Assembly: GCA_003345595.1 (NCBI GenBank)
Contig: PRDI01000075.1
Location: 1 to 64,000 of the forward strand
Direction: 5' to 3'
From: Candidatus Thorarchaeota archaeon
Lineage (GTDB): Archaea; Asgardarchaeota; Thorarchaeia; Thorarchaeales; Thorarchaeaceae
Length of the DNA: 64,000 nt
Shown: piece by piece, positions 55,711-64,000 of the stretch
How the letters are laid out: each line of letters begins with the position of its first letter
Position numbering within the stretch: position 1 is the first letter of the stretch
Program-made: the position numbers and the translations under genes
Notes under the pieces: model-generated
What the model was told of the DNA's origin: nothing
Databases searched by the model: none
The model's input: the letters and a program-made list of their open reading frames with translations, nothing else

Positions 55711-55830
55711 AGCTGAGGACTCTCCACTGGTGAGCGAGCGATGCTAGGTGAGCGCGTTCCGCATTATCAATAGACCGCTTCTGAGTCCTAGCCAGTTTCT
55801 TGCATTTCAGTCAAATCAGAGGATACTACA

Positions 55831-57315
55831 ATGAGCGACGGTGAAACCCATGGGACCGAGGCTGAGGTCATATTTCACATCAGCAAGAAGGATCGGTTTC
55901 CAGACTGGTATGGAGAAATATGCAGAGTTGCAGAATTGGCTGACATAAGGTATGGTGTGAAGGGCTTCACTCCATTCCTGCCATGGAGCGTCATGACCAT
56001 GGAGGTCATGTTCGACATTCTCGAGAGAGTCCTGCAGCGCAAGGGTCACCTGCCAATGCTGTTTCCAAGTGTCATTCCAGAGAGCAATCTGACAAGGGAA
56101 ACCGAGCATGTACAGGGTTTCACTCCGCAAGTGTTCTGGATAAGCGAGTACGGTGAGGGTGTGAAGCTGGAGGAGCGGCTTGCTCTGAGACCCACAAGTG
56201 AAACCGCAATATACCCAATGTACTCCTTGTGGATTCGGAGCTGGCGCGACCTGCCTCTGAAGAGATACCAGCGGTGCACAGTATTCAGGTCAGAGGTCAA
56301 GAGTACTAGGCCTTTCCTCAGGGGTCGTGAGTTCCTGTGGATTGAAAGTCATAACGTGTTTGCCACACACGAAGAGGGTCTTGCACAAGTCAAGGAAGAC
56401 CTTGAAACCACTAAGGAGGTCATCACGGAGGAGTACGGCATCCCAGTGATGGTGTTCAAGCGCACTCAATGGGACAAATTCCCAGGAGGAGTGAACACAT
56501 ATGCCGCAGATACACTCATGCCAGATGGAAAAGTGCTGCAGCTGCCCTCCACACACGATCTGGGGGACAACTTCGCAAGGTCATTTGACGTGAAGTATGT
56601 GAACAAGGACAACGAAACAGTATACGCGTTTCAGACCTGCTATGGTCCTGCCATCTCCAGAATCTACGGCGGAATGATATCGGTACACGGGGACGACAAC
56701 GGTCTTCGACTGCCGTTCAAACTGGCACCATACCAGGTGGTGATTGTACCGATATTCAAAGGCAAGAACATGAACGAGATCGTGCAGCACTGCCGTGCTA
56801 TCGAGTCATCGCTGAAGGAAGCAGGAATGAGGGTCTATCTCGATGACCGCGATGCCACACCCGGTTGGAAGTACAACTACTGGGAGATGAAAGGAGTCCC
56901 AATCAGAGTTGAGGTCGGACAGCGCGAAGTAAAGCAAGGGAAGGTGGCAGTCTTTCGCAGAGACAGAATGAGTCGCGAAACAGTTGCTCTCGAGGGTCTG
57001 ACAAAGAGAGTGAGGGCACTTGGTTCCGAGATAGATCATGCGCTCAGATCCGAAGCTGAGGCGAGGTTCGAGGGTCTAGTAGTCGATGCAGAGTCACTAG
57101 GTCAAGTTGAGGACGCTCTAGACAAGGGCAAGATTGTACGAGTCCCATTCTGTACGAGCCAGATGGATGGAATGAGCTGTGGGGAGGAGATCAAGAACAA
57201 GACCGGTGGCGAAGTCCGCGGCACAAGAATCGATGTCGAGGAGAAACCCACAGGTGTCTGCGTCGTCTGCGGGAAGGTCGCACAGGAGTTTGTCTATGTG
57301 GCACGCTCATACTGA
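55831..57315 (+). CDS. proS: Prolyl-tRNA synthetase (archaeal/eukaryotic type)
   Basis: LRPTSET, FLRGREFLW.E.H, WEMKGVP.R.E.G, C-terminal ARSY. Confidence 0.97.
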   Translation: MSDGETHGTEAEVIFHISKKDRFPDWYGEICRVAELADIRYGVKGFTPFLPWSVMTMEVMFDILERVLQRKGHLPMLFPSVIPESNLTRETEHVQGFTPQVFWISEYGEGVKLEERLALRPTSETAIYPMYSLWIRSWRDLPLKRYQRCTVFRSEVKSTRPFLRGREFLWIESHNVFATHEEGLAQVKEDLETTKEVITEEYGIPVMVFKRTQWDKFPGGVNTYAADTLMPDGKVLQLPSTHDLGDNFARSFDVKYVNKDNETVYAFQTCYGPAISRIYGGMISVHGDDNGLRLPFKLAPYQVVIVPIFKGKNMNEIVQHCRAIESSLKEAGMRVYLDDRDATPGWKYNYWEMKGVPIRVEVGQREVKQGKVAVFRRDRMSRETVALEGLTKRVRALGSEIDHALRSEAEARFEGLVVDAESLGQVEDALDKGKIVRVPFCTSQMDGMSCGEEIKNKTGGEVRGTRIDVEEKPTGVCVVCGKVAQEFVYVARSY

Positions 57316-57413
57316 GTGTTGTATGTTTCGCCAGAGTTGCTGTGACTTGGAGTAAGGCTTTAAGGAGGACCCCTCTGAGGGGTGAAGACAGTCTTGGCTC
57401 AGGGGAATCGAGA

Positions 57414-59600
57414 GTGAGCGTTTCAAACATCTCGGACATTCCAGGCGTCGGCGACAAAATCAAGAAAGCACTGATAGACCACTTCGGGAGCGAAGCAGTC
57501 GCTCTGAAGGTGATACTGGACTCTCGTGTAGACTTGGTTGCAGCCGTGCCGGGCATCGGTGATAAGCAGGCAGTCAACATTGTGAAGGCCGCTTTCGAAA
57601 CTCAGTTCGGGGCAAGTGCCAACATGATTCTTCGGAGCCCAGACCTGAGAAAGATCTTCGATTCAACTATGGACATAATCCGAAGCTATGCCAACACGGG
57701 CTACGCTAAGGACAAGCTTCTTCTGTACTTTCCCCTTCCCCCGGAGAAGCTCGATGTGATACTTGAGCGGCAGAGATACTTCAGTGACGCTGCAGACATG
57801 GCCCGGAAACTCAGTGCGGAACAACGCGAAACCCTGAGGAGTCTGCTCGGGCAAGTCCGTGGACTTCACAGGAAGGTCCAGCAGCGAAGGCTAGAGGGAC
57901 GGGTAATAATCACTGACGACGACAAAGTGTTTGATGCACTTGTCAAGGATGGCGTTGACAAGTGGTGCCCTGTGTATGTCCTCTCTCAGGGTGAGAGTGG
58001 TGCTGACTACGCTCAGGGCTATGACCTCGTGATGTTCATCTCACCCACAGGCGCCTATGACGAGTCCATTGACGCACTTGACAATGTGGAGATCATAGGG
58101 AAAGGATGGACTGTTGATGACGTCCTTCCTGAGAAGACTGTAGGCTTCTATGGCAAGAACTACAGGGTGATTGACGCTGCATGCAAGCTAGCAAAGGAGT
58201 TTGGGTCTCTCCCATCTAACGACTCCCTCGCTACCTTTCTAAAGGGGCTGGACTTTCAGAGGCTAGAAGAAGCAGGCGAGGTACTGAAATGCTTGGACGA
58301 GGAGGGCGATGTTGCGGAGGGTGTGGATCCCGAGCTCGACAGATTCAGGAAGGCTGTCAAGGCTTTTCCAACAGCAATTGCAGAAATTGAGTCTTGGCTC
58401 AATGAAGAGATCACATCGAGAATCTCGAAGAGCCAAGTCACCCTCGGGGGTCAGCAGATAATAAGCATCCTACAGTCTGCAGATGTTGAGGGAGCTGATG
58501 TCAGTGTACTAAGAAACATGCTGCCCGCCGAGATAGTCGAAACATTCACACACACTGTCCAAGAGGCCGAAGACAGGCTGGTTCAGATGCTTAGCCTGAA
58601 TGCAAAAGAAGCAGACTGGGTGACAGGACTGATCGGTGAAGAGATAACCCTACCTGTCAAAATGATGACAAACAGCATAAACGAACTGGAGGACAGGTTG
58701 AGACGGATTCTCGCCGAGCGCAAGTTCAAGTTGATGAAGAAGTTCGCTGGTCAGCTTGATAAGCTTAAGACAGTCGTGACTGACGCAGTTCAAACCCTTC
58801 TGGAGTTCGACCTTTTTCTCGCTGTTGGGTTGTTTGCATGTGACTACGAGCTTCAGACACCTGACATATCCGGTGACTATAATGGAGTGGGAGTTCAGGG
58901 CGCACGCAACCTCTTCCTTGTCGAAAACATGTTGAAGGGAAGACATGGGCCAGTCCAGCCGATTGATTATGCCATTGGCGAAACCCCGTTTAGACCGAAA
59001 GGCACCAATGGCGAGAATTGTGCTGTTCTCTCTGGCGCCAATAGCGGCGGAAAGACAACAACAATTCAAACTCTAGCTCAGGTAGCGACTTTGGCACAGA
59101 CAGGTCTACCTGTTCCTGCGAGGAAGGCATACATTAAGGTGTTCGAAGAGATATACTTCTTCTACAAGAGCCGGGGCGTGGTCAGTGCAGGTGCGTTTGA
59201 AACCACTTTGAAGCAGTTCGCAGAGATTGTGGTTTCTAACAAGTCTAAGTTAGCTTTGTTTGATGAAATCGAGGCAATCACAGAGCCGGGCAGTGCGGCA
59301 AATGTGATAGCCGGACTGATTGAGATCCTGCAGCGAGACCCTAAGAGTTGCACAGTCATCTGCAGCCATTTGTCCCGTGAGATAAAGGAGGTCACCAATG
59401 TGCCCGTGAGGATAGATGGCATAGAGGCCCGAGGTCTCGATGAGAATCTCGATCTGATAGTGGACAGAACTCCTCGGTTTGGTGTCATTGCGCGAAGCAC
59501 ACCCGAGCTGATTGTCGAACGTCTTGCCAAGCTCTCCAAGGGTGAGAAGAAGGAGGTCTACCTGAAGATTCTCGAGAATCTGGGTAGAGCACACCCATAG
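57414..59600 (+). CDS. Archaeal MutS5-type ATPase with N-terminal HhH motifs
   Basis: IPGVG.K / VPGIG.K, SGANSGGKT, AGAFE, DE.EAITEPG. Confidence 0.85.
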   Translation: MSVSNISDIPGVGDKIKKALIDHFGSEAVALKVILDSRVDLVAAVPGIGDKQAVNIVKAAFETQFGASANMILRSPDLRKIFDSTMDIIRSYANTGYAKDKLLLYFPLPPEKLDVILERQRYFSDAADMARKLSAEQRETLRSLLGQVRGLHRKVQQRRLEGRVIITDDDKVFDALVKDGVDKWCPVYVLSQGESGADYAQGYDLVMFISPTGAYDESIDALDNVEIIGKGWTVDDVLPEKTVGFYGKNYRVIDAACKLAKEFGSLPSNDSLATFLKGLDFQRLEEAGEVLKCLDEEGDVAEGVDPELDRFRKAVKAFPTAIAEIESWLNEEITSRISKSQVTLGGQQIISILQSADVEGADVSVLRNMLPAEIVETFTHTVQEAEDRLVQMLSLNAKEADWVTGLIGEEITLPVKMMTNSINELEDRLRRILAERKFKLMKKFAGQLDKLKTVVTDAVQTLLEFDLFLAVGLFACDYELQTPDISGDYNGVGVQGARNLFLVENMLKGRHGPVQPIDYAIGETPFRPKGTNGENCAVLSGANSGGKTTTIQTLAQVATLAQTGLPVPARKAYIKVFEEIYFFYKSRGVVSAGAFETTLKQFAEIVVSNKSKLALFDEIEAITEPGSAANVIAGLIEILQRDPKSCTVICSHLSREIKEVTNVPVRIDGIEARGLDENLDLIVDRTPRFGVIARSTPELIVERLAKLSKGEKKEVYLKILENLGRAHP

Positions 59601-59647
59601 TGTTTCTGTGACATATGCTAATCGTTACCTAGCAGGGAGGACAAACA

Positions 59648-60220
59648 TTGAAGCGGGTCTTGGTATTGGGTGACACTCATATTCCGAAGCGCCGGGACTC
59701 CATACCTCCCGCTTTCTTTGAACACATCCGTATGAGCAGCTACGACTTGGCCCTCATCACAGGTGACCTCGTACGCGAGAGTGACATGAGAAAGGCGATG
59801 CCTCCGTTGCCCCAATGCGTCATAGTTCGTGGCAACATGGACCTAGAAACGAAATACAATCTGCAGGAATTGGTTCAGATTGACGACTTCCGTATTCTTT
59901 TGCTCCACGGGACTCAAGTAGACCCGCGTGGGGACCTCTCTCAGCTTGGAGAGATTGCCCGTGAGAGCGATGCTGATGTCACTGTCCACGGTCATACGCA
60001 TGAAGAAGCGATAGACCTGCTCGATGGGCGGCTGTTCCTGAATCCGGGAACGATCTCTGGTTCTACAGGCGGCTGGGCGGGACGAGTAGACGCGAGTTTC
60101 ATGGAGCTCGTCGTTTCACCCGGCCATATAGGAGTGACTCTCTATCACACCGACTGGGTCGACATTAGAGAATCGAAGACTGCCTACCTCAAGACCAGCA
60201 AAGGAATATCCAAGGCATGA
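59648..60220 (+). CDS. YfcE/Vps29-family metallophosphoesterase
   Basis: GDTHIP.R, TGDL, VRGNMD, HG.QV.P.GD, GHTH, NPG...G, SF. Confidence 0.85.
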   Translation: MKRVLVLGDTHIPKRRDSIPPAFFEHIRMSSYDLALITGDLVRESDMRKAMPPLPQCVIVRGNMDLETKYNLQELVQIDDFRILLLHGTQVDPRGDLSQLGEIARESDADVTVHGHTHEEAIDLLDGRLFLNPGTISGSTGGWAGRVDASFMELVVSPGHIGVTLYHTDWVDIRESKTAYLKTSKGISKA

Positions 60221-60231
60221 ATGAAACTCGG

Positions 60232-60879
60232 CTACCCTTCATCGCTCTTCTCGATATTCAATCCCCAAGGATCAGGACTCAACAGACCTGCGAATAGCTG
60301 CTTGAGTACTCTCACACTCTCAGCCAATGCTGCACTGATGACCTTTTCATTAAGCACACCGGTTTCATCCATACGGGAACCAAAGTTCTGTGAGAGAGGT
60401 GAGTCATATCGTTCACGCGAGGAGGAACCTGCAGTCCTTGTTACTGGCCCTAGTGACTTGACAGCCTCTTCTATCTCCTCCACTGGGGAAACGTCACGGT
60501 TGAATCTGAGTCGCTTAAAGAAGTGCATGAGGGCCTGTTTGACCGCTGGCCCTGTCAAGGACTCATCTCCAAGTCTCGATACTAGGCTCAATGCTCCGTG
60601 TTTCAGTTGCTCCCCTACGATGCTCTGTACCCTTTCGGCAAACGTCCGGTCCCCACCGCAGGCTATGCCAATGGCAATCAGGAGCATTCGTATTCTGTCG
60701 AGGAAGACACCAGCATCAGGGGCTGTGTTCGCGTGCCCTCTCATGGATGCACGCCAGTCATCATAAGCCTGGCTTATCCTCTCGAGCTGACCTCTATATC
60801 CGGTCAGCTTCTGGAGGTCCTCGAATGGTATCAGAGGACACCATACCGGAGCTGAGTTGTGTTCAGGCTCGGGGGTCAT
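60232..60879 (-). CDS. Hypothetical helical protein
   Basis: 215-aa ATG ORF filling the gap; no motif recognised. Confidence 0.7.
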   Translation of the reverse strand: MTPEPEHNSAPVWCPLIPFEDLQKLTGYRGQLERISQAYDDWRASMRGHANTAPDAGVFLDRIRMLLIAIGIACGGDRTFAERVQSIVGEQLKHGALSLVSRLGDESLTGPAVKQALMHFFKRLRFNRDVSPVEEIEEAVKSLGPVTRTAGSSSRERYDSPLSQNFGSRMDETGVLNEKVISAALAESVRVLKQLFAGLLSPDPWGLNIEKSDEG

Positions 60880-61018
60880 GGCAATCTTCGGTGTGACTGA
60901 GCATTATGAGTCTTTGGCGTACGTTGCTGCTTTCGGTTCATGTGTGCAGGCCAATAATACATGAATCGACTTGCGTCAGCCGAATGTCTTGTAACCATAT
61001 GAGTAGAGTCAACTGGCA

Positions 61019-61321
61019 GTGATGAAAGTGGGAAAGAAAACAGTCACAATAGAGGTCATGAGCATACTAGGCGAAGGCAAGTGTTCTCTTGGGCAGAGAG
61101 TCGGTGATATCTTTAGATATCCCCAGGATCTGAACAGGCTTTGCCCCAATGCCTTTCACATCTTATATCCGTGGATACTGGTTCTGGAATCGGGCGGTAC
61201 TTTTCCTTTCTTTGGTGACAATGGTGACAGTGTGACTCTCGGTTGTTCTGACTACAGACACCAGGTAGTCTTTAGAATCACTCGAACGCGGTCGCGGGAA
61301 CCAACAGAGAGAAGAGAGTAA
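61019..61321 (+). CDS. TIGR04076-like small cysteine protein
   Basis: G.C..G..VGD.F, LCP.AF…YP…L..GG.F, C.D…VVF.I. Confidence 0.8.
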   Translation: MMKVGKKTVTIEVMSILGEGKCSLGQRVGDIFRYPQDLNRLCPNAFHILYPWILVLESGGTFPFFGDNGDSVTLGCSDYRHQVVFRITRTRSREPTERRE

Positions 61322-61427
61322 TGGCGCCGCCGAGAGGGCTCGAACCTCTGACCAACAACTGTCTGGCGTTCGCTTTGACTAGCAGGACGGTAACAGGCTG
61401 TCGCTCTGCCGACTGAGCCACGGCGGC
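61322..61427 (-). tRNA. tRNA-Asn(GTT) with 30-nt intron at 37/38 (61361-61390); CCA encoded
   Basis: GCCGCCG/CGGCGGC-G-CCA, ACAGC-CUGUUAA-GUUGU, AGAGG-UUCGAGC-CCUCU. Confidence 0.95.
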
Positions 61428-61549
61428 CTTCTTGCGGAGTCGTGACCACGGTCACACAATATTAACATTGCTGTCTAGTTCGATGGAGTGGGCTCGGCTT
61501 CGAGCTTGACCCTCATGGCTCTTCTGGCGCGAACTCCCGCAGACCGGTC

Positions 61550-61814
61550 ATCTAGTATCATCATCACAAAACGAATCATCGGATTCATCGTAGCGGCTCT
61601 CTCAAAGCCTTCCGCGCGAATCCTGGGAATCGCTTCATTACTCACGACAGAAACCATTGCTCCAGTCGCAAATGCCAACTCATACAGGAGCAAATGGAGA
61701 GAGTGCGACGATTGACACCTAGACGAATCTCCAGATCCTGTCAAGCAGTATGCGGGTGGCGCTCAACCCTGTCGCCCCACCTGCAATCCGACTGTCTAGA
61801 AGGTCAGTTGCCAT
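61550..61814 (-). pseudogene. Remnant of a ZIP (ZupT/GufA) metal transporter: only degenerate N- and C-terminal pieces
   Basis: IAGGATGLSA..ILL (ATG 61814, early TAG) and, in another frame, LAFATGAMVSVVSNEAIP…ERAAT…FVMMILD; the core is missing. Confidence 0.7.
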
Positions 61815-61906
61815 TATGTCGGACAAGAACAGCATGGCCTTCTACCGCCCGTCACTGAAAATCGTCAGGGAGTATGAAGCAGTTGTCCGACTGTCATAGT
61901 AGATTG

Positions 61907-62012
61907 TGGTGGGCCCGGGGGGACTTGAACCCCCGGCGGGCAGGTTATGAGCCTGCTGCTTACGGCGCTCGCTCTGGAACGAGTGGGCTCTACCAAGCTG
62001 AGCTACGGGCCC
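61907..62012 (-). tRNA. tRNA-Ile2(CAT) with 29-nt intron at 22/23 in the D-arm (61961-61989); CCA encoded
   Basis: GGGCCCG/CGGGCCC-A-CCA (Ile-type acceptor, not the A1-U72 initiator), GCAGG-CUCAUAA-CCUGC; BHB helix UGGU/GCCG with AGA and UAA bulges. Confidence 0.88.
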
Positions 62013-62250
62013 CTGTCGCTTGCCGATTAGCAGACAACAGCCGCTGCAATCGTGATATTAACATTACGAAAGTGGGCGCCAGTGCGACTATTCCGGACGC
62101 TGATTGAGTTCATCCTGTGCTGTCTCTTGTATGTCGTGCAGGCCATACGCGACGAGGATTGCGCAATCCTTGGCGCAGAATCCACTTGTCTTCTTCCGAC
62201 TTTATATGAAACGGTCAACACTATGAGAAAAGCCGACTCTGGTAATTCGA

Positions 62251-62709
62251 ATGATTCTCCTATTCACCTCCGAACATTGCACCATGTGTGATATGGTCAA
62301 AGACATGCTGGAAGAAGAGAAGGGCACTCTGTTTGACGGCACCACCATATACGAGGTGAATGTGGAGAAACACCATCACATTGCAGAGGTCTATGGTGTT
62401 GTGATGGTGCCCACACTTGTGGCGGGCTCTAGCGTGCTGTCAGGTGTGCCCTGCCCGAACGAACTGAGGTCGTTTCTTCTTCAAGCTGTCATTGGCAGTC
62501 ATTCTTACGATGAGGACGAGGACGCGGGATCTGTCTTGACTCCAGTGGTTCATCTGCAACAGCTGGAGTCCTCTTCGAAGACTCGTAGGGCTCGCAAGAT
62601 ACTGAAGTCAAGAACCACGCTAGTTTCGAATCGACGCGGAGGTCTAGCAGAGACTGCGGGTTTCAAGGGATGCAGAGAGGAGCCGCCAGGGCCTGCACTC
62701 CGCCAATGA
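62251..62709 (+). CDS. Thioredoxin/glutaredoxin-fold protein with C-terminal extension
   Basis: FTS.HCTMC, YEVNV…AE.YGV..VPT, GVP. Confidence 0.8.
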   Translation: MILLFTSEHCTMCDMVKDMLEEEKGTLFDGTTIYEVNVEKHHHIAEVYGVVMVPTLVAGSSVLSGVPCPNELRSFLLQAVIGSHSYDEDEDAGSVLTPVVHLQQLESSSKTRRARKILKSRTTLVSNRRGGLAETAGFKGCREEPPGPALRQ

Positions 62710-62770
62710 GTGGCACTGCTGTCATTTCTGCATAACCTTAATAACTGCTTCAAGAAGTCCGGTCGTCTGC

Positions 62771-62848
62771 GCCCCGGTGGTGTAGTCCGGCCCAGCATTG
62801 GGGACTTTCGCTCCCCCGACCCGGGTTCGAATCCCGGCCGGGGCACCA
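62771..62848 (+). tRNA. tRNA-Glu(TTC), intronless; CCA encoded
   Basis: GCCCCGG…GGGGA-CTTTCGC-TCCCC…CCGGG-TTCGAAT-CCCGG-CCGGGGC-ACCA; TTAATAA at 62738. Confidence 0.97.
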
Positions 62849-62880
62849 ATGTCTTCTGGGAAACGACGTGGTGCTCTGTT

Positions 62881-63738
62881 TCAGGCCAGTGTCAGACTCA
62901 TACTGAAGTCGGACGACGTGTATGAGTGCGTGAGTGCGCCTGATGAAATCACGTCGACTCCGCTCTTCGCAAATGCTCTTGCATTGCTCTCATCAATTCC
63001 TCCAGAGGCTTCCAGAATCACTCTCGCGCGTAATCCTCTCTGAGTGAGGACAGTGTGTACGTTCTCGATCTCCTTAGGAGTGAAGTTGTCGAGAAGGACT
63101 ATGTCCACACCTGTTTCAGCGGCCTGAATCGCCTCTTGTAGGTTCCTCACTTCGCACGAGATCTTCTTCGTGAATGATACGCGTTCTCTTGCTGCACGTA
63201 TCGCTTGGGCTACACCCCCTACAACCGCGATATGATTGTTCTTGATGATCACCATATCATCGAGCGCGTAGCGGTGTGGGTCGCCGCCTCCTACTTCCAC
63301 AGCGCGCTTCTCGAAGTACCTGAAGCCTGGTGTGGTCTTTCGAGTGGCTGCCACAATGACCTTTGGGTTCTCCTTCCTTGCGGACTGTACCATGTTGTAC
63401 GTTGTTGTGGCTATGCCGCTCATACGCATGACTATGTTGAGCACTACTCTCTCCACGACCAGCAAGGTCTTTGCAGGTCCTTTGAAGCGAATCACAGGTT
63501 CCCTCGGTCCAACCCAGTTTCCCTCGAAGGCCAAGACCTCACAGGTGATCCCGTATAGGTCTGCGATTGCAGCAGCCTCCTCGACACCAGCCAGAATCGT
63601 CCTGCTCTTGGCGATTACTGTGGCGATGCCTGTCGCATTCAAAGGTCCCAAGGCTTCCGTGGTTATGTCCCCGGACCTGATGTCCTCCTCCAAGAACATC
63701 TTCAACTTCTCAATGATAGCAGGAGGAAGTCCTTTCAT
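62881..63738 (-). CDS. nadC: Quinolinate phosphoribosyltransferase
   Basis: ER..LN…MSGIAT.T, TRKTTPG.R..EK.AV..GGG..HR, LLDN, EASGGI. Confidence 0.96.
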   Translation of the reverse strand: MKGLPPAIIEKLKMFLEEDIRSGDITTEALGPLNATGIATVIAKSRTILAGVEEAAAIADLYGITCEVLAFEGNWVGPREPVIRFKGPAKTLLVVERVVLNIVMRMSGIATTTYNMVQSARKENPKVIVAATRKTTPGFRYFEKRAVEVGGGDPHRYALDDMVIIKNNHIAVVGGVAQAIRAARERVSFTKKISCEVRNLQEAIQAAETGVDIVLLDNFTPKEIENVHTVLTQRGLRARVILEASGGIDESNARAFAKSGVDVISSGALTHSYTSSDFSMSLTLA

Positions 63739-63754
63739 TCATAGTCCTCCTTCA

Positions 63755-64000
63755 TTATACTCTCGGGTGCTGCGGATTCCTCACCACATTACCACGCGGC
63801 TTTTCTTCTCCGAAGATCTCCGCTTGGAACGACATGAACTCGGTCTTGGGGTCCAACCACATATTAGCAGGAAGACCTGCCTTGTTGCATGTCTGTTCCA
63901 AGAATTCCTTGACGCCCCATCCCCACTCTACTGGCACTTGAGGTAGGAGCAGTCCTCTTCTTCCTCCTCTGCTCACTATGAGACCGTCACGACCAATCTC
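63755..64000 (-). CDS. AMMECR1-domain protein, C-terminal part (truncated by the window edge)
   Basis: IGRDGLIV….[13 protein letters not shown]….FL…C.KAGL. Confidence 0.88.
   Translation of the reverse strand, partial: EIGRDGLIVSRGGRRGLLLPQVPVEWGWGVKEFLEQTCNKAGLPANMWLDPKTEFMSFQAEIFGEEKPRGNVVRNPQHPRV

Noticed and set aside
55728-55830. T-box riboswitch upstream of proS
   Set aside because: Too short; no UGGnACC antiterminator bulge or stem I distal motifs
57369-57383. Palindrome ACCCCTC-T-GAGGGGT upstream of mutS5
   Set aside because: Single occurrence; no second copy noticed to support an operator
60221-60766. 181-aa + strand ORF following the Vps29-like gene
   Set aside because: Ser-rich antisense shadow of the more protein-like minus ORF 60232-60879
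1-64000. CRISPR arrays, IS elements, integrases, rRNA, selenoprotein UGA read-through
   Set aside because: None seen by eye; the window is almost fully explained by housekeeping genes, though the check was not computational

Overview
Gene-dense archaeal core-genome region with no mobile elements or CRISPR seen. It is most likely from an Asgard archaeon (Thorarchaeia-like), inferred from an Arf-like GTPase, OSTC/DC2, eukaryote-like STT3, Vps29-like, PAC4-like and Elf1 genes. It carries ribosomal/RNAP clusters, a four-gene archaeal-type mevalonate operon, ether-lipid genes (egsA, carS), replication/repair genes (PolD DP2, RPA, Lhr, XPD, RadB, TopA, MutS5, EndoV), folate/C1 genes, tRNA-modification genes and five tRNAs. 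Signals not shown by the ORF track: (1) four of five tRNAs carry six 29-33 nt BHB introns; two tRNAs have two introns, and three introns sit at non-canonical sites (22/23, 56/57, 59/60). (2) A scattered set of candidate eukaryote-like oligosaccharyltransferase/translocon subunits, including an unannotated 34-aa OST4-like microprotein. (3) A canonical kink-turn that buries the Shine-Dalgarno of rpl7ae. (4) Apparent CUG/ACG initiation, including a hidden zinc-finger gene. (5) A PAC4-like chaperone and a proteasome beta subunit lacking Thr1. All homology calls are by motif recognition and recalled sequences; no searches were run.
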